The notes beneath the pieces were generated by a model. That model did no database searches. It was given only the letters and a program-made list of their open reading frames with translations, and had not been told where the DNA came from. Both the position numbers and the translations under genes were made by a program. From Candidatus Polarisedimenticolia bacterium (GTDB lineage: Bacteria > Acidobacteriota > Polarisedimenticolia > JACPZX01 > DASXTC01), in the NCBI GenBank assembly GCA_050747525.1, contig JBOGOC010000080.1, positions 18,294 through 82,293 of the forward strand: a DNA stretch of 64,000 nucleotides. The letters run 5' to 3'. This document shows positions 47,178 through 56,103 of this stretch, piece by piece (position 1 is the first letter of the stretch; every line of letters starts with the position of its first letter).

Positions 47178-50100
47178 GGCTCCGCCTCTGCGAGCGCCGA
47201 ATCGAGACTGTTGTTGAGCGCGAAGTTCAACATCGCCGTGATCGGGAACATCGTCACCGCCGAGAGCACGGCGGGGATGAGCGGACCGAGCGTGGTCTGA
47301 TCGATCTGGGCGGGCTCCACGGCGCGCAGCCGCGCCGAGTCCAGCGTCTCCCTCAACGCGTCCACCAGGTCCTCCCACCGCCACGTGCCATGGTGCACGG
47401 CGGGCGTCACGAGGAGGATCGCCTGCGGAGCCTCGGAGCCCGGCCGATCGAAGTGGAACGCCAGCCCGGTGGTCACCTCATCCGTGGGGACGACCTCGAC
47501 CCATTCGTCGAGCAGCAACCCGGAGTACGTGGCGTCCGGCCGCGTCGGATCGATCTCGGCCGACGGGCCGAAGTGTGGGGAGTAGAGGAGCCTGTCCTCG
47601 ACGAGCCGGAACGGGCCGCCGCCGGACGCTGTCTCCGGGAAGCGCAGGCCCAGCCAGGCATCATCCGCCCGGTGCGGGAACTGCAAGGCGTCGAGCGTCG
47701 GGGACCTGTCCGCGCCCAGGGCTTCCCCGAGCAGGATGGCCATCTCGAGGTGCCGCGCCCTCTCGCGCACCCGCGCCACGCCATGCAGCCAGTCCTCAAC
47801 GGGAAAGCGCGTGGCCTGCGGGCCGCTGGTGAGGTGGGCCAGCAGCTCCGCGCGGCGCGCCCAGACGTTTTCCCACTCGGCCAGCCGGTCTGACGAGAGG
47901 GTGAACTCCGGAAGCATGAGGAAGCTCTCGCCGAGGAGAGCGTGCCCGGCCTCGAGCGCCGCCGCCTGCGCCGGGTTCCCCGTCGCTGCCGCAGCCCGGG
48001 CCAGCGAGCTCGTGGCCGCGGCGATGCGCACGGAAATGTCGTCACGCAGCGCGATGGCTCGCTGCAGCAGATCCCGCGCCAGCGCAAGGACAGAGTCACG
48101 GAAAGGCGCGAGGTCGAGAACCGTGTAGTCCATGGCCTCGTACGTCGGCAGGAAAGCGCCAAGCGCCGTCAGCGTCGCGCCGGTCTGCGCCGCTCCGTCA
48201 CGAAGCGCGGTGAGGCTGATCAGGGCGGCGTCGAACCCCGCGCGGAGCGCGCCGACGGAGTCCTCGAGATCCGTCAGCAGGGGAGGCAGCGGCGCGATGA
48301 GCGATGTGGAAACGGTCCTCCCGGCCTGGATGAGGAGCGCGGTGCGCTCGGCGTCCGTGGCTGTCCCCGGCAGCGCGCCGAGCTCGGCCATGACCGCATC
48401 GTACTCCTGCTGCTTGCGCTGCCAGCGGGCCACGGCCGTGTCCAGCATCTCGCGCATCATACGCAATCGCGGCCGCCGGCCCTCCAGGCCCGCGGTCAAA
48501 CCGCCCGCGGGGAGCCCGAACGCGGCCACGGGCCGCGCCATCGCCGCGTAATCCACGAGCCACTGATCGAGGTGATCCCGGGCGGCGTCACGCGCCAGCT
48601 CGGGATCGATGCCGGCGGCGATGGAAGCCTCCAGTGTGCCGATGAAGGTCTCGATCGCAGGAAGCGTCGTCTGCATCTCCGCCAGAACCGCCTGCGGCTT
48701 GTCGGCGCGCACGATCATCGCAGTGCCCTCGGCCTTGCCGCCCTCGCTCGGCAGCGACAAATCGCCTGGCGTCAGCGCGCGCGAGCCCAGAACGAACCCC
48801 CGCAGGGAGCGCACCAGCGGCGCGAGCTCGAAGAGAGTCAGGCCGGTCACGCCGGCAGGCCTGTACTCGAGCTCGAACACCGCGTCGTGTCGAGGCACGG
48901 CCTCCCGCTCGGCGAAGTCGATCAGCAGCTCGTCGAAGCCGGCCAGCGCCTTCTCGCCCCCCGCGTCCAGCAGGTAGAAGAGGTCGACCGGCGCGAGCCC
49001 CAGGTCCGCCATGCTCGGCGTGAGCGACCCAGCCAACGTCGTTGCATGCCGCCATCCCACCCTGGCAAACACGGTGGCCGGATCGGGCATCTGGCCGGCC
49101 AGCCAGAGCGCCAGCGCCGGCTCGCCGAGCGCGCGGGGCCGGCCGCTCCCGGCATCGGTGGGCGCGAGCCCGCCTTGCAGGTGCAGCGCCACCCGGTGGG
49201 TCATTGTGCACCCTCCGCGTGGGGTCGAACAGACCTCCATCACCGGCGGATGAGTCCCCTTGGACAGGGCGTCGAGCGCCGCCGCCGCCCGGTCGTAGTT
49301 TCCGCGCACAACTTGATAGACGCCCTCCGCCACCCCGAGGTCGGCCACCGCGTCGGCGACGCTGCGCAGCTCGGCCACGCATCGGTCAAGGACCGCACCG
49401 ATCTCAGCCACGGTGGGCATCCCCGGCCCGGCCAGCTCGCCCAGCCCCGGCAGCCCCGACACACCATAGGGGTAGGTCATCGCGCCGGTTCGTTCGACGT
49501 GATCGAGGAAGGCCTCGCCATCGATCACGTTGCGGGCCTCCACCTGCGTGATCGGAGCCGCCACCTGGGTCTGTCGGTTCCGGTTTCCGATCAGCGGGAA
49601 CACCGCGCGGAGCGCGTAGATGACCCGATCCAGGAACAGGCCCGGCACCTCGTGCAGAGCCCGCTCGAGCCGGTAGCCGAGGAGCGCCCCCAGAGACTGG
49701 CCGTTGCGGATCCCATCGATCACGCGCAGGGCGAGGCGCACCCGCTCGGACGTCAGCTCGACCGCGAGCAGATCGGGCGCCCCCGGTGAGGCGTTGGCCA
49801 GATGTCCGCTGCGCAGGATGGCGGCGGTGACGGCATGGTCGAGCGACGGCGCGTGGATGTGGCCGGCGCTGGAGGGATCGCGCAGGAGCGGCGCGCCGTC
49901 AGGGTCTCCGAAAATCGCCGCCAGCTCGGGATCGAGCTCCACCGGCTCGGGCTCCTGCTCCTTCGGGCGCAGGTTCTCGAGCCAGCCGTACGCTCCGATG
50001 AGCAGGCCGCCCCGGCCAAAGCCGTTCGCCGTCTCCTGGCGGAGGTACGAGAGCTGGGCCGCCTGCATCCCCGCGCGCCACGCATCCAGCCGGTAGCTGA

Positions 50101-52780
50101 GGCAGTCGAGATGCTCGAGCAGCGCGCGCTCGAGCGCGGCGGTTCCGGCCGCCTTCAGCACGTCCAGCGCCGACAGCTGCTCCTCCAGGAAGGGCCGGCG
50201 CGAGGCCGGCAGCGAGGGGATGGCATCGCCCAGGCGCTTGCCCGGATCGCCGGTGATCGCGGGCTCGGGGAGGTAGAGGCTCTGCCAGCGGCTCCGGCTG
50301 CCTGCCGCGGCGGCCACGTCCATGAAGGCCGGCTCCTTCCGCTCGGCCTTGAAGGTCGCCTCAGGCAGCTGCAGCACATCGCGCCGCAGCGCGAGCGCGG
50401 TGTCGACGAACCCGAGGTCCAGCGCGTGGTGGAGCAGGAGGTAGAGAAGGGCCCGCGGCGGCGCGCCGTCGAACCCTTCCTGCCGGCGCAGGGCGTCATG
50501 GGAGATCCGGGCCGTGGTCTGCAGCCAGGCGATGTAGCTCAGCCCGTCGGCGCGCGTGGACGCGAGCGGCGCCGTCTCCGTGACCTCGGCCTGGACCAGG
50601 TCCCCCTTGAGGAGGCTCGGAGTTCCCAGGAAGATCTTCTCCAGGATTCCGGGCAGCTCGCCGTCGGGCGCGCCGCTCCATCCCAGATCCCCGAGCGCCT
50701 GCAATCCGGCCTGCACGTAGCGCCGGGCCGCCGTGGTGACGTTGAAGGAGGCCGGGCTCGTGGCGAACCCCAGCGTGTTGTAGTGCTGGGAGAAGCTCTG
50801 CGCGTAGCGCTGGTACAGCTCGGCAGATCCCGGATGCAGCCCCACGATATCGAGCAGCGTCTGGTGGGGATCCGCGCCCGGTGTTCCGACACGGGCGACC
50901 TGCGCGGAAAGCCCGCGCCACAGCGTTGCGGCCCGCTCCGAGAGTGTGTGGAGCGCGGACAGGAAATCCTGACCCGGAAGTCCCTGAGCCGCCGCGGTGC
51001 GCCCGTAATCCGGCTGCGACCACCAGCCCATCCTGGACCAGGCGGTGGCCGGCAGGATGCCAATGGGCTGCCGGCCGATACGCACCAGCGGCACGGTCCC
51101 GCGGCCGATGACGAAGCGGTTGAAGAAGGCCCGCGTGGCCCGCACGGTCGCTTCGGAGAAGACCGGCTCCATCATCTGCTCCATGAAGTAGCCGAGCGTG
51201 GCCGGCCAGAGCGCGATGTTCATGGCCCGGGCCTCGGCCTGATCGGTGCCGTTGTAGGCCGGGGACGCGCGCAGCACCTCCGGGTCGAGCCCCAGCATGC
51301 CCGCGAGCCAGGCGCCGTCCTTGCGGCGCTCCCACTGCGAGGGGTCGTCGCTGGCGTCGGTCTCGAAGAAGTGCCGGAAGCTCTCGTCGGGGTCCTCCCA
51401 CCAGCTGTACCCGGCGCTCGAGGTGTCCGTGTTGTTGGTCGCCCGTCCCTGCGGCAGGAGAGAGAATCCCTTGCGGCTCGACTGGTGATGCCGGATCAGC
51501 TCCGACAGCTCCGCCGCTCCTTCCGCGGCGTCGCTCGCGGATCGCACGCCCAGCACGAGCAGCAGGTCCAGCTCCGGCACCACGCCACGTTCGGTCAGGT
51601 TCACGCAGAAGGCCATGCCCCTGGCCCTTGCGTCCTCGAGGTCGACCGTCCAGCGCAGCGCCTCGGGCACCTGGAGATCCGCCTCGTCCGCGTTGAGCTG
51701 CTGGTCCCCCGTGGCCATGGGGTCCGGGCCCACCTGCAGCTCCGCCGGAACGGGCTCACCTACCTCGCGCAGCACCTCGGCTCCGTTGCGGAATCCCATC
51801 AGCACCAGCCGCTCCGGCAGCAGCCAGGCGCGCGCGGGCCGGGTCCACGCCTGCTGCGAGAGGGGCAAGGTGGCCGGGTCCGGCAGGCTCAGGAAAGCGA
51901 CCACGCCCTTCACCGACGGCCCGGGCTTCACGGCCGGGTCGCGCAGGTTGACCGGCGCGAGTTGCTGTTCCACCTGCGCCGCCCGCGCGTCCGAGAGATC
52001 CGAGGCGAGGTCGGCGAAGGCTTCGTCGCGCTCCGCGCCCCGCGACGACCAGACCCGCTCCCAGAAGCGGGCGATGGGCCCCTTCTCAGGATCGGGGACA
52101 AGCGACACGGTGCGCACGACGAGGATGTGATCTCCTGGCGCGGCCACCGGCTCGTCGTCCGGGTCGAGCGGCGCGATGCGCTGCGTGAGCCAGCGGGCTC
52201 GTCCAGCGCCATGGCTCCTCACCAGCGCGGCCCAGGCGGCGCGCCGGCCTTCCCGGGAGCCCCCCGCGCGCCACACGTGCGTCCAGTAGAGGGTGACGTT
52301 GTCCAGCTCCACCTGCGCGATCTCGGGCTGGAAGGTGTCCACGAGCACGTCGTCCGGGAAGACGCGCACACAGAGAAACCGCGCCGGAGCCCCGTTCACG
52401 GTGCGCGTCTGGTAGCGGGTCTCCAGCCGGAGCGGAAAGAGCGCGAAGGGGACGTCATCGGGCATGCGCCCGACCGCCCGGGGAGGATCGGTGAATGGGG
52501 CGAATCGATCCTGAGCCTCGACCAGGGTCTCGCGCGATCCGGCCCGGCCGGCCTCCGCCTCCTTCACGCGCTTCTCCGCTTCGCGGAGGCGCGCCTCGAG
52601 CTCGCGCAGCTCGGCGGCCGCGCCGTCGCCCCGCCGGCCGCGGGCGACCCTGGCCATGGCCTCGGCTCGACGGCGCAGGCGCCTGACCTCCTCGCGAGCG
52701 GCGATCAGCTCCGTGCGCGACCGCTCGGCGCGCTGGCTCGCCGCCCTGTAGGCCTTGCGCGCGTCATCCATCCCGGCCAT
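47174..52780 (-). CDS. giant hypothetical protein E (1868 aa) with N-terminal coiled coil, no recognisable domain
   Basis: ATG at 52780, 2 nt after the upstream stop. MAGMDDARKAYRAASQRAERSRTELIAAREEVRRLRRRAE...LEARLREAEKRVKEAEAG is the coiled coil, followed by VPFALFPLRLETRYQ. Composition is protein-like throughout. No signal peptide, TM segment or Walker A seen. Confidence 0.8.
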   Translation of the reverse strand: MAGMDDARKAYRAASQRAERSRTELIAAREEVRRLRRRAEAMARVARGRRGDGAAAELRELEARLREAEKRVKEAEAGRAGSRETLVEAQDRFAPFTDPPRAVGRMPDDVPFALFPLRLETRYQTRTVNGAPARFLCVRVFPDDVLVDTFQPEIAQVELDNVTLYWTHVWRAGGSREGRRAAWAALVRSHGAGRARWLTQRIAPLDPDDEPVAAPGDHILVVRTVSLVPDPEKGPIARFWERVWSSRGAERDEAFADLASDLSDARAAQVEQQLAPVNLRDPAVKPGPSVKGVVAFLSLPDPATLPLSQQAWTRPARAWLLPERLVLMGFRNGAEVLREVGEPVPAELQVGPDPMATGDQQLNADEADLQVPEALRWTVDLEDARARGMAFCVNLTERGVVPELDLLLVLGVRSASDAAEGAAELSELIRHHQSSRKGFSLLPQGRATNNTDTSSAGYSWWEDPDESFRHFFETDASDDPSQWERRKDGAWLAGMLGLDPEVLRASPAYNGTDQAEARAMNIALWPATLGYFMEQMMEPVFSEATVRATRAFFNRFVIGRGTVPLVRIGRQPIGILPATAWSRMGWWSQPDYGRTAAAQGLPGQDFLSALHTLSERAATLWRGLSAQVARVGTPGADPHQTLLDIVGLHPGSAELYQRYAQSFSQHYNTLGFATSPASFNVTTAARRYVQAGLQALGDLGWSGAPDGELPGILEKIFLGTPSLLKGDLVQAEVTETAPLASTRADGLSYIAWLQTTARISHDALRRQEGFDGAPPRALLYLLLHHALDLGFVDTALALRRDVLQLPEATFKAERKEPAFMDVAAAAGSRSRWQSLYLPEPAITGDPGKRLGDAIPSLPASRRPFLEEQLSALDVLKAAGTAALERALLEHLDCLSYRLDAWRAGMQAAQLSYLRQETANGFGRGGLLIGAYGWLENLRPKEQEPEPVELDPELAAIFGDPDGAPLLRDPSSAGHIHAPSLDHAVTAAILRSGHLANASPGAPDLLAVELTSERVRLALRVIDGIRNGQSLGALLGYRLERALHEVPGLFLDRVIYALRAVFPLIGNRNRQTQVAAPITQVEARNVIDGEAFLDHVERTGAMTYPYGVSGLPGLGELAGPGMPTVAEIGAVLDRCVAELRSVADAVADLGVAEGVYQVVRGNYDRAAAALDALSKGTHPPVMEVCSTPRGGCTMTHRVALHLQGGLAPTDAGSGRPRALGEPALALWLAGQMPDPATVFARVGWRHATTLAGSLTPSMADLGLAPVDLFYLLDAGGEKALAGFDELLIDFAEREAVPRHDAVFELEYRPAGVTGLTLFELAPLVRSLRGFVLGSRALTPGDLSLPSEGGKAEGTAMIVRADKPQAVLAEMQTTLPAIETFIGTLEASIAAGIDPELARDAARDHLDQWLVDYAAMARPVAAFGLPAGGLTAGLEGRRPRLRMMREMLDTAVARWQRKQQEYDAVMAELGALPGTATDAERTALLIQAGRTVSTSLIAPLPPLLTDLEDSVGALRAGFDAALISLTALRDGAAQTGATLTALGAFLPTYEAMDYTVLDLAPFRDSVLALARDLLQRAIALRDDISVRIAAATSSLARAAAATGNPAQAAALEAGHALLGESFLMLPEFTLSSDRLAEWENVWARRAELLAHLTSGPQATRFPVEDWLHGVARVRERARHLEMAILLGEALGADRSPTLDALQFPHRADDAWLGLRFPETASGGGPFRLVEDRLLYSPHFGPSAEIDPTRPDATYSGLLLDEWVEVVPTDEVTTGLAFHFDRPGSEAPQAILLVTPAVHHGTWRWEDLVDALRETLDSARLRAVEPAQIDQTTLGPLIPAVLSAVTMFPITAMLNFALNNSLDSALAEAEP

Positions 52781-52782
52781 GG

Positions 52783-55700
52783 CTACGCCCCGCTCTTCGA
52801 AAGCAGCTCCGACGCATGGATGGCTACGATGACCGGCGCCTGAAGCGTGATGTAGGCCAGCTCGGCGGAGCTGAGGTCGTTCAGGGAGACGAACCGGTCC
52901 TGCTCCCACTGCGGATGCTTCTCGATCACGTCGCCGGCCGGCTCGGTCAGCGTCAGCGCGGGGATGCCCGCTACCCGGATCGGGGCCCCGTCCTGCAGCC
53001 CCGGCGCCGCGTCGGCCCAGGCCAGGTCATTCCAGACGTTGATCTGGCTGCCCGCCTCGCGCGACTCGTCGAAACCGAACCGCGCATCCCCCGGCACCTC
53101 CTCGATCCGGAAGAACCACCCTGGCTGGTCGTCCACCGTGTCGTCTCCCCGCGCCCGGGGCACCGTCAGGTCAAAGCCGAAGAAGAAGATGTCGGGTGCC
53201 ACACGCGCCTCGTACAGAGGGGTCATGGGGGCGACGCTCTCGTCCAGGACGCGCTCCTTCGACTTGTCGGGCCGGCCGTTTGTCATCTGCCACTTCGCGG
53301 GCTGCGCGCTGATGATGGCGTTGGGGTACTTCTTGAGCAGCTCGCCGCGGATGACCAGGACCAGCTCTTCCTCCGGCTCGGCACCGGCCTCGCGATTGTC
53401 GTTTTCGCCCAGGTCCGCCCCGGACGGCCAGGTGTGGACGGGCTTGATGTCCTTGAGCGCCTCGCGCGCCGCCGCCGGGTCGGGGGCAGCCGCTATCTTC
53501 TTGCGGACGTCCCAGAACTGCCGGAAGCAGCTGCCGCGCTGGTCGGTCGGGTACTCGCGCCACAGCAGCTCGCGGGCGAACTCATGGTTCAGGCCGACCA
53601 AGTAGGCCTCGATGAATCGCTGGTTCGTCTCCATCAGGGTCACGCTGTCGGGCTCCACCAGGTGCTGGTTGGGGACCAGCAGCTCCGCGCTGATCCTGGC
53701 CAGGGGCTCATACATGGGGATGTCGAACTCGGGGTAGGCCATCACCTCGGCGAAGGCGTCGCCCACCTGGTCGCGGATGCGCGGCGGGATGCTCAGACCC
53801 GACAAGGTCCAGCGGCGCACCGTCAGATCGGGCCGGGTCTCCTTCACCACGTCGGCCGCCACCCTGGGCAGGTCCAGGGGGACGGTCTTGGGAAGCCGGC
53901 CCAGCTTTCTGCTCGTCGCAATCACCTGGTACTGATCGCGGAGCGCCTCCTTGAAGCGGAGCGCTTCCGGATTGTCCTTCCCGCCGGGCTGGACGGCGGG
54001 GCGCGCGGCGGCGGTGCGGGGATCGGGGGCGGGCGCGAACACGAACGAGCTCGACTCCGGCATCGCATCGACGGTCGCCGGCGTCTGCCGGTCCTCCCGC
54101 ATCCGGTCAGCGGCGTCCGCGTGCAGCGCCACCGCGCGAGCGCGCACGCCGACGGCGACCCCCGCGGCCAGGAGGGCGCCGCCCGCAATGAAGCCGATGG
54201 GCGTCCATCCCAGCAGGAGGACCACCAGCGCGACCAGCGCCGCCAGAAGGAGCGATGCCGTCAGAAGATGGCGGCCGACCCATGCTCCGAGGCGCGCAAG
54301 GACCGGATCGAGGGTTCCCTTGGGAGCGGCCGCATCCGCCAGCGCATCCGGCGTGAGCAGCTTCGCTGGAGGGATCCGCGGCGGCGCGGCGGACACCTCT
54401 CCCACGTTGGCGCGGGCCACCAGAGCGGCGGCGTTGCCCGCGCCGGCCAGGTCCAGGCGCTTCGCCACCCGGCCGCCAGGCCGGATCACGCGCCGCATGG
54501 GCGTGGAGGTCAGGGCCAGCCCCATCGGGCTCTGCAGCATCCGCTGCCGCACCGTACGGCCGCCGGAGATCAGGCGCGCCTTCATCGGGGAGCTGATCAG
54601 CATCATCGCGCCCGGCGAGACTCCCGCGGCGGTGGTCAAATGGGTCGCGTGGAGGCGCCTGCCGGCCGCCTGGGCGAGCTGAGCCTGGCGGATGCGGCGG
54701 TTCGCCTCCAGCACGTCCCCGATCTGATCCCAGGCGGCCTTCATCAGATTCTCCTGATCCGTCTGGATGACCTTGGTGCCGAACCCTGCCGCCGTGCGCC
54801 AGCGCGGATCGAGGTTCAGATCGTGGACCCAGTTCGTGCGGTTCGGCACGTCGCTTCCATCCCGCTGCTCGAGAAGACGCTCCGTGAGCGCGTGCCAGCG
54901 GCCGTAGATGGGCGGAGTCACCAGCGGATCCGGATCGGTGCGAACGTTCTCGTCCAGGGCGTTGTTGGTGTTGGCCGAAGGGCCGGAGGCCTGGTAGCTG
55001 TCGGCCAGGTTCACGAACGCCGCCAGCTGCTCCTGGAAGGGGTGGGGAGAGGGGGAGTCCCAGGCGTCGTACTTGTCGTGCTCTGCGCGGTCCGCGGGAG
55101 CGAGGGTCTCCAGTGGAGCCCGCAACGCGCCCCCCAGCCGCAACACGCCCCCGAGGTCCGGATCGTTGATGCCGGTGATGTTGGGCGCCGGGCGGGTCAC
55201 GTCCATGTCGCGGTGGCCGACGCGGCTGTCCACTTTCTTCGGCTTCAGGAGGCGGACAAGGGACTCGAAGTCGCCGCGCTCCGCCGTGCGGAAGTACCAC
55301 CGATAATAAAAGGGGAAGAAGGCCGATTCCGGTCGGCTGGCCCCGTACGCTCCCCACGCCGGCCAGGTCGAGTCGAGGCCGTTGGCCGGATCCTCGAAGA
55401 TCGGCTTCGGGTCGTGGCCGAGCCCCGCCAGGCGGCCGCTCTCGAAGGCCGGGAGGAGGAAGGCGTGATACGCCGTCGTCGGCTTGAGCTTGCGCGGGCA
55501 GAGCAGCCGCGAGCAGGAGCCGTCGGGCGCTGCCTGGATGGCGCTCTGTGCCGCCTGGGACGCCGCGGTCGCGCTGCTCTCCACCACCGAGGCGGACAGC
55601 TCGGCGTTGAAGTGGCCGTGAGCCCAGGCCCACCCTTCGGACGAATCCGGGAAGACGCTGGCGAAGTCGACGGACACCTCCACGTACGAGAGCGGCCGGC

Positions 55701-56103
55701 CGGCGGCGGCCGTGGCCTCCTTGAACTCGGTTTCCTCCAGCACGATCAGTGACAGCCAGGGGAGCAGCCGTCGTCCCGAGGGGGGCGCAGGCGTGTAACG
55801 CCATGGGAAGTCCTCGTCGTAGAACTCGATGGCCGCGAGATAGTTGGGCTCGAAGTTGGTCACCCAGTTGGCCGGCTCCACGCGGCTGATCTGGGCCGCA
55901 TCGATGCCGATGATGTCGCCCGGCCCGTACAACGCGACGTTGCGATGGATGGGAACGCTCGCCGTCCCGCCATCCTTTCGCACGCCCTGGAGCTCGAGCG
56001 ACACATCCACCGACGCCCGCAGCGCCGACGCAGGTGCCGCGATCCGGTTGGCCAGGCCCGCGCGGACCCACGGCAGGAACGTGTAGGCGCCCGGTCCGCT
56101 CAT
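52783..56103 (-). CDS. giant hypothetical protein D (1106 aa) with a central TM hairpin, no recognisable domain
   Basis: The ATG at 56103 overlaps the upstream stop (ATGA). MSGPGAYTFLPWVRAGLANRI...YGPGDIIGID...FEPNYLAAIEFYDEDFPWRYTP. Two hydrophobic helices at aa ~612-655 (HLLTASLLLAALVALVVLLLGW / IGFIAGGALLAAGVAVGV). ETNQRFIEAYLVGLNHEFARELLWREYPTDQRGSCFRQFWD. Confidence 0.85.
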   Translation of the reverse strand: MSGPGAYTFLPWVRAGLANRIAAPASALRASVDVSLELQGVRKDGGTASVPIHRNVALYGPGDIIGIDAAQISRVEPANWVTNFEPNYLAAIEFYDEDFPWRYTPAPPSGRRLLPWLSLIVLEETEFKEATAAAGRPLSYVEVSVDFASVFPDSSEGWAWAHGHFNAELSASVVESSATAASQAAQSAIQAAPDGSCSRLLCPRKLKPTTAYHAFLLPAFESGRLAGLGHDPKPIFEDPANGLDSTWPAWGAYGASRPESAFFPFYYRWYFRTAERGDFESLVRLLKPKKVDSRVGHRDMDVTRPAPNITGINDPDLGGVLRLGGALRAPLETLAPADRAEHDKYDAWDSPSPHPFQEQLAAFVNLADSYQASGPSANTNNALDENVRTDPDPLVTPPIYGRWHALTERLLEQRDGSDVPNRTNWVHDLNLDPRWRTAAGFGTKVIQTDQENLMKAAWDQIGDVLEANRRIRQAQLAQAAGRRLHATHLTTAAGVSPGAMMLISSPMKARLISGGRTVRQRMLQSPMGLALTSTPMRRVIRPGGRVAKRLDLAGAGNAAALVARANVGEVSAAPPRIPPAKLLTPDALADAAAPKGTLDPVLARLGAWVGRHLLTASLLLAALVALVVLLLGWTPIGFIAGGALLAAGVAVGVRARAVALHADAADRMREDRQTPATVDAMPESSSFVFAPAPDPRTAAARPAVQPGGKDNPEALRFKEALRDQYQVIATSRKLGRLPKTVPLDLPRVAADVVKETRPDLTVRRWTLSGLSIPPRIRDQVGDAFAEVMAYPEFDIPMYEPLARISAELLVPNQHLVEPDSVTLMETNQRFIEAYLVGLNHEFARELLWREYPTDQRGSCFRQFWDVRKKIAAAPDPAAAREALKDIKPVHTWPSGADLGENDNREAGAEPEEELVLVIRGELLKKYPNAIISAQPAKWQMTNGRPDKSKERVLDESVAPMTPLYEARVAPDIFFFGFDLTVPRARGDDTVDDQPGWFFRIEEVPGDARFGFDESREAGSQINVWNDLAWADAAPGLQDGAPIRVAGIPALTLTEPAGDVIEKHPQWEQDRFVSLNDLSSAELAYITLQAPVIVAIHASELLSKSGA

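Noticed and set aside
49802-52843. 1013-aa plus-strand ORF. The similar plus-strand ORFs 47942-49789, 52816-55752 and 56034-59930 were also noticed.
   Set aside because: They lie antisense to the giant minus-strand genes. Their composition is dominated by R/G/A/P/H/D/V runs with no motifs, as is typical of GC-rich shadow ORFs. The minus-strand frames have protein-like composition and coupled starts.
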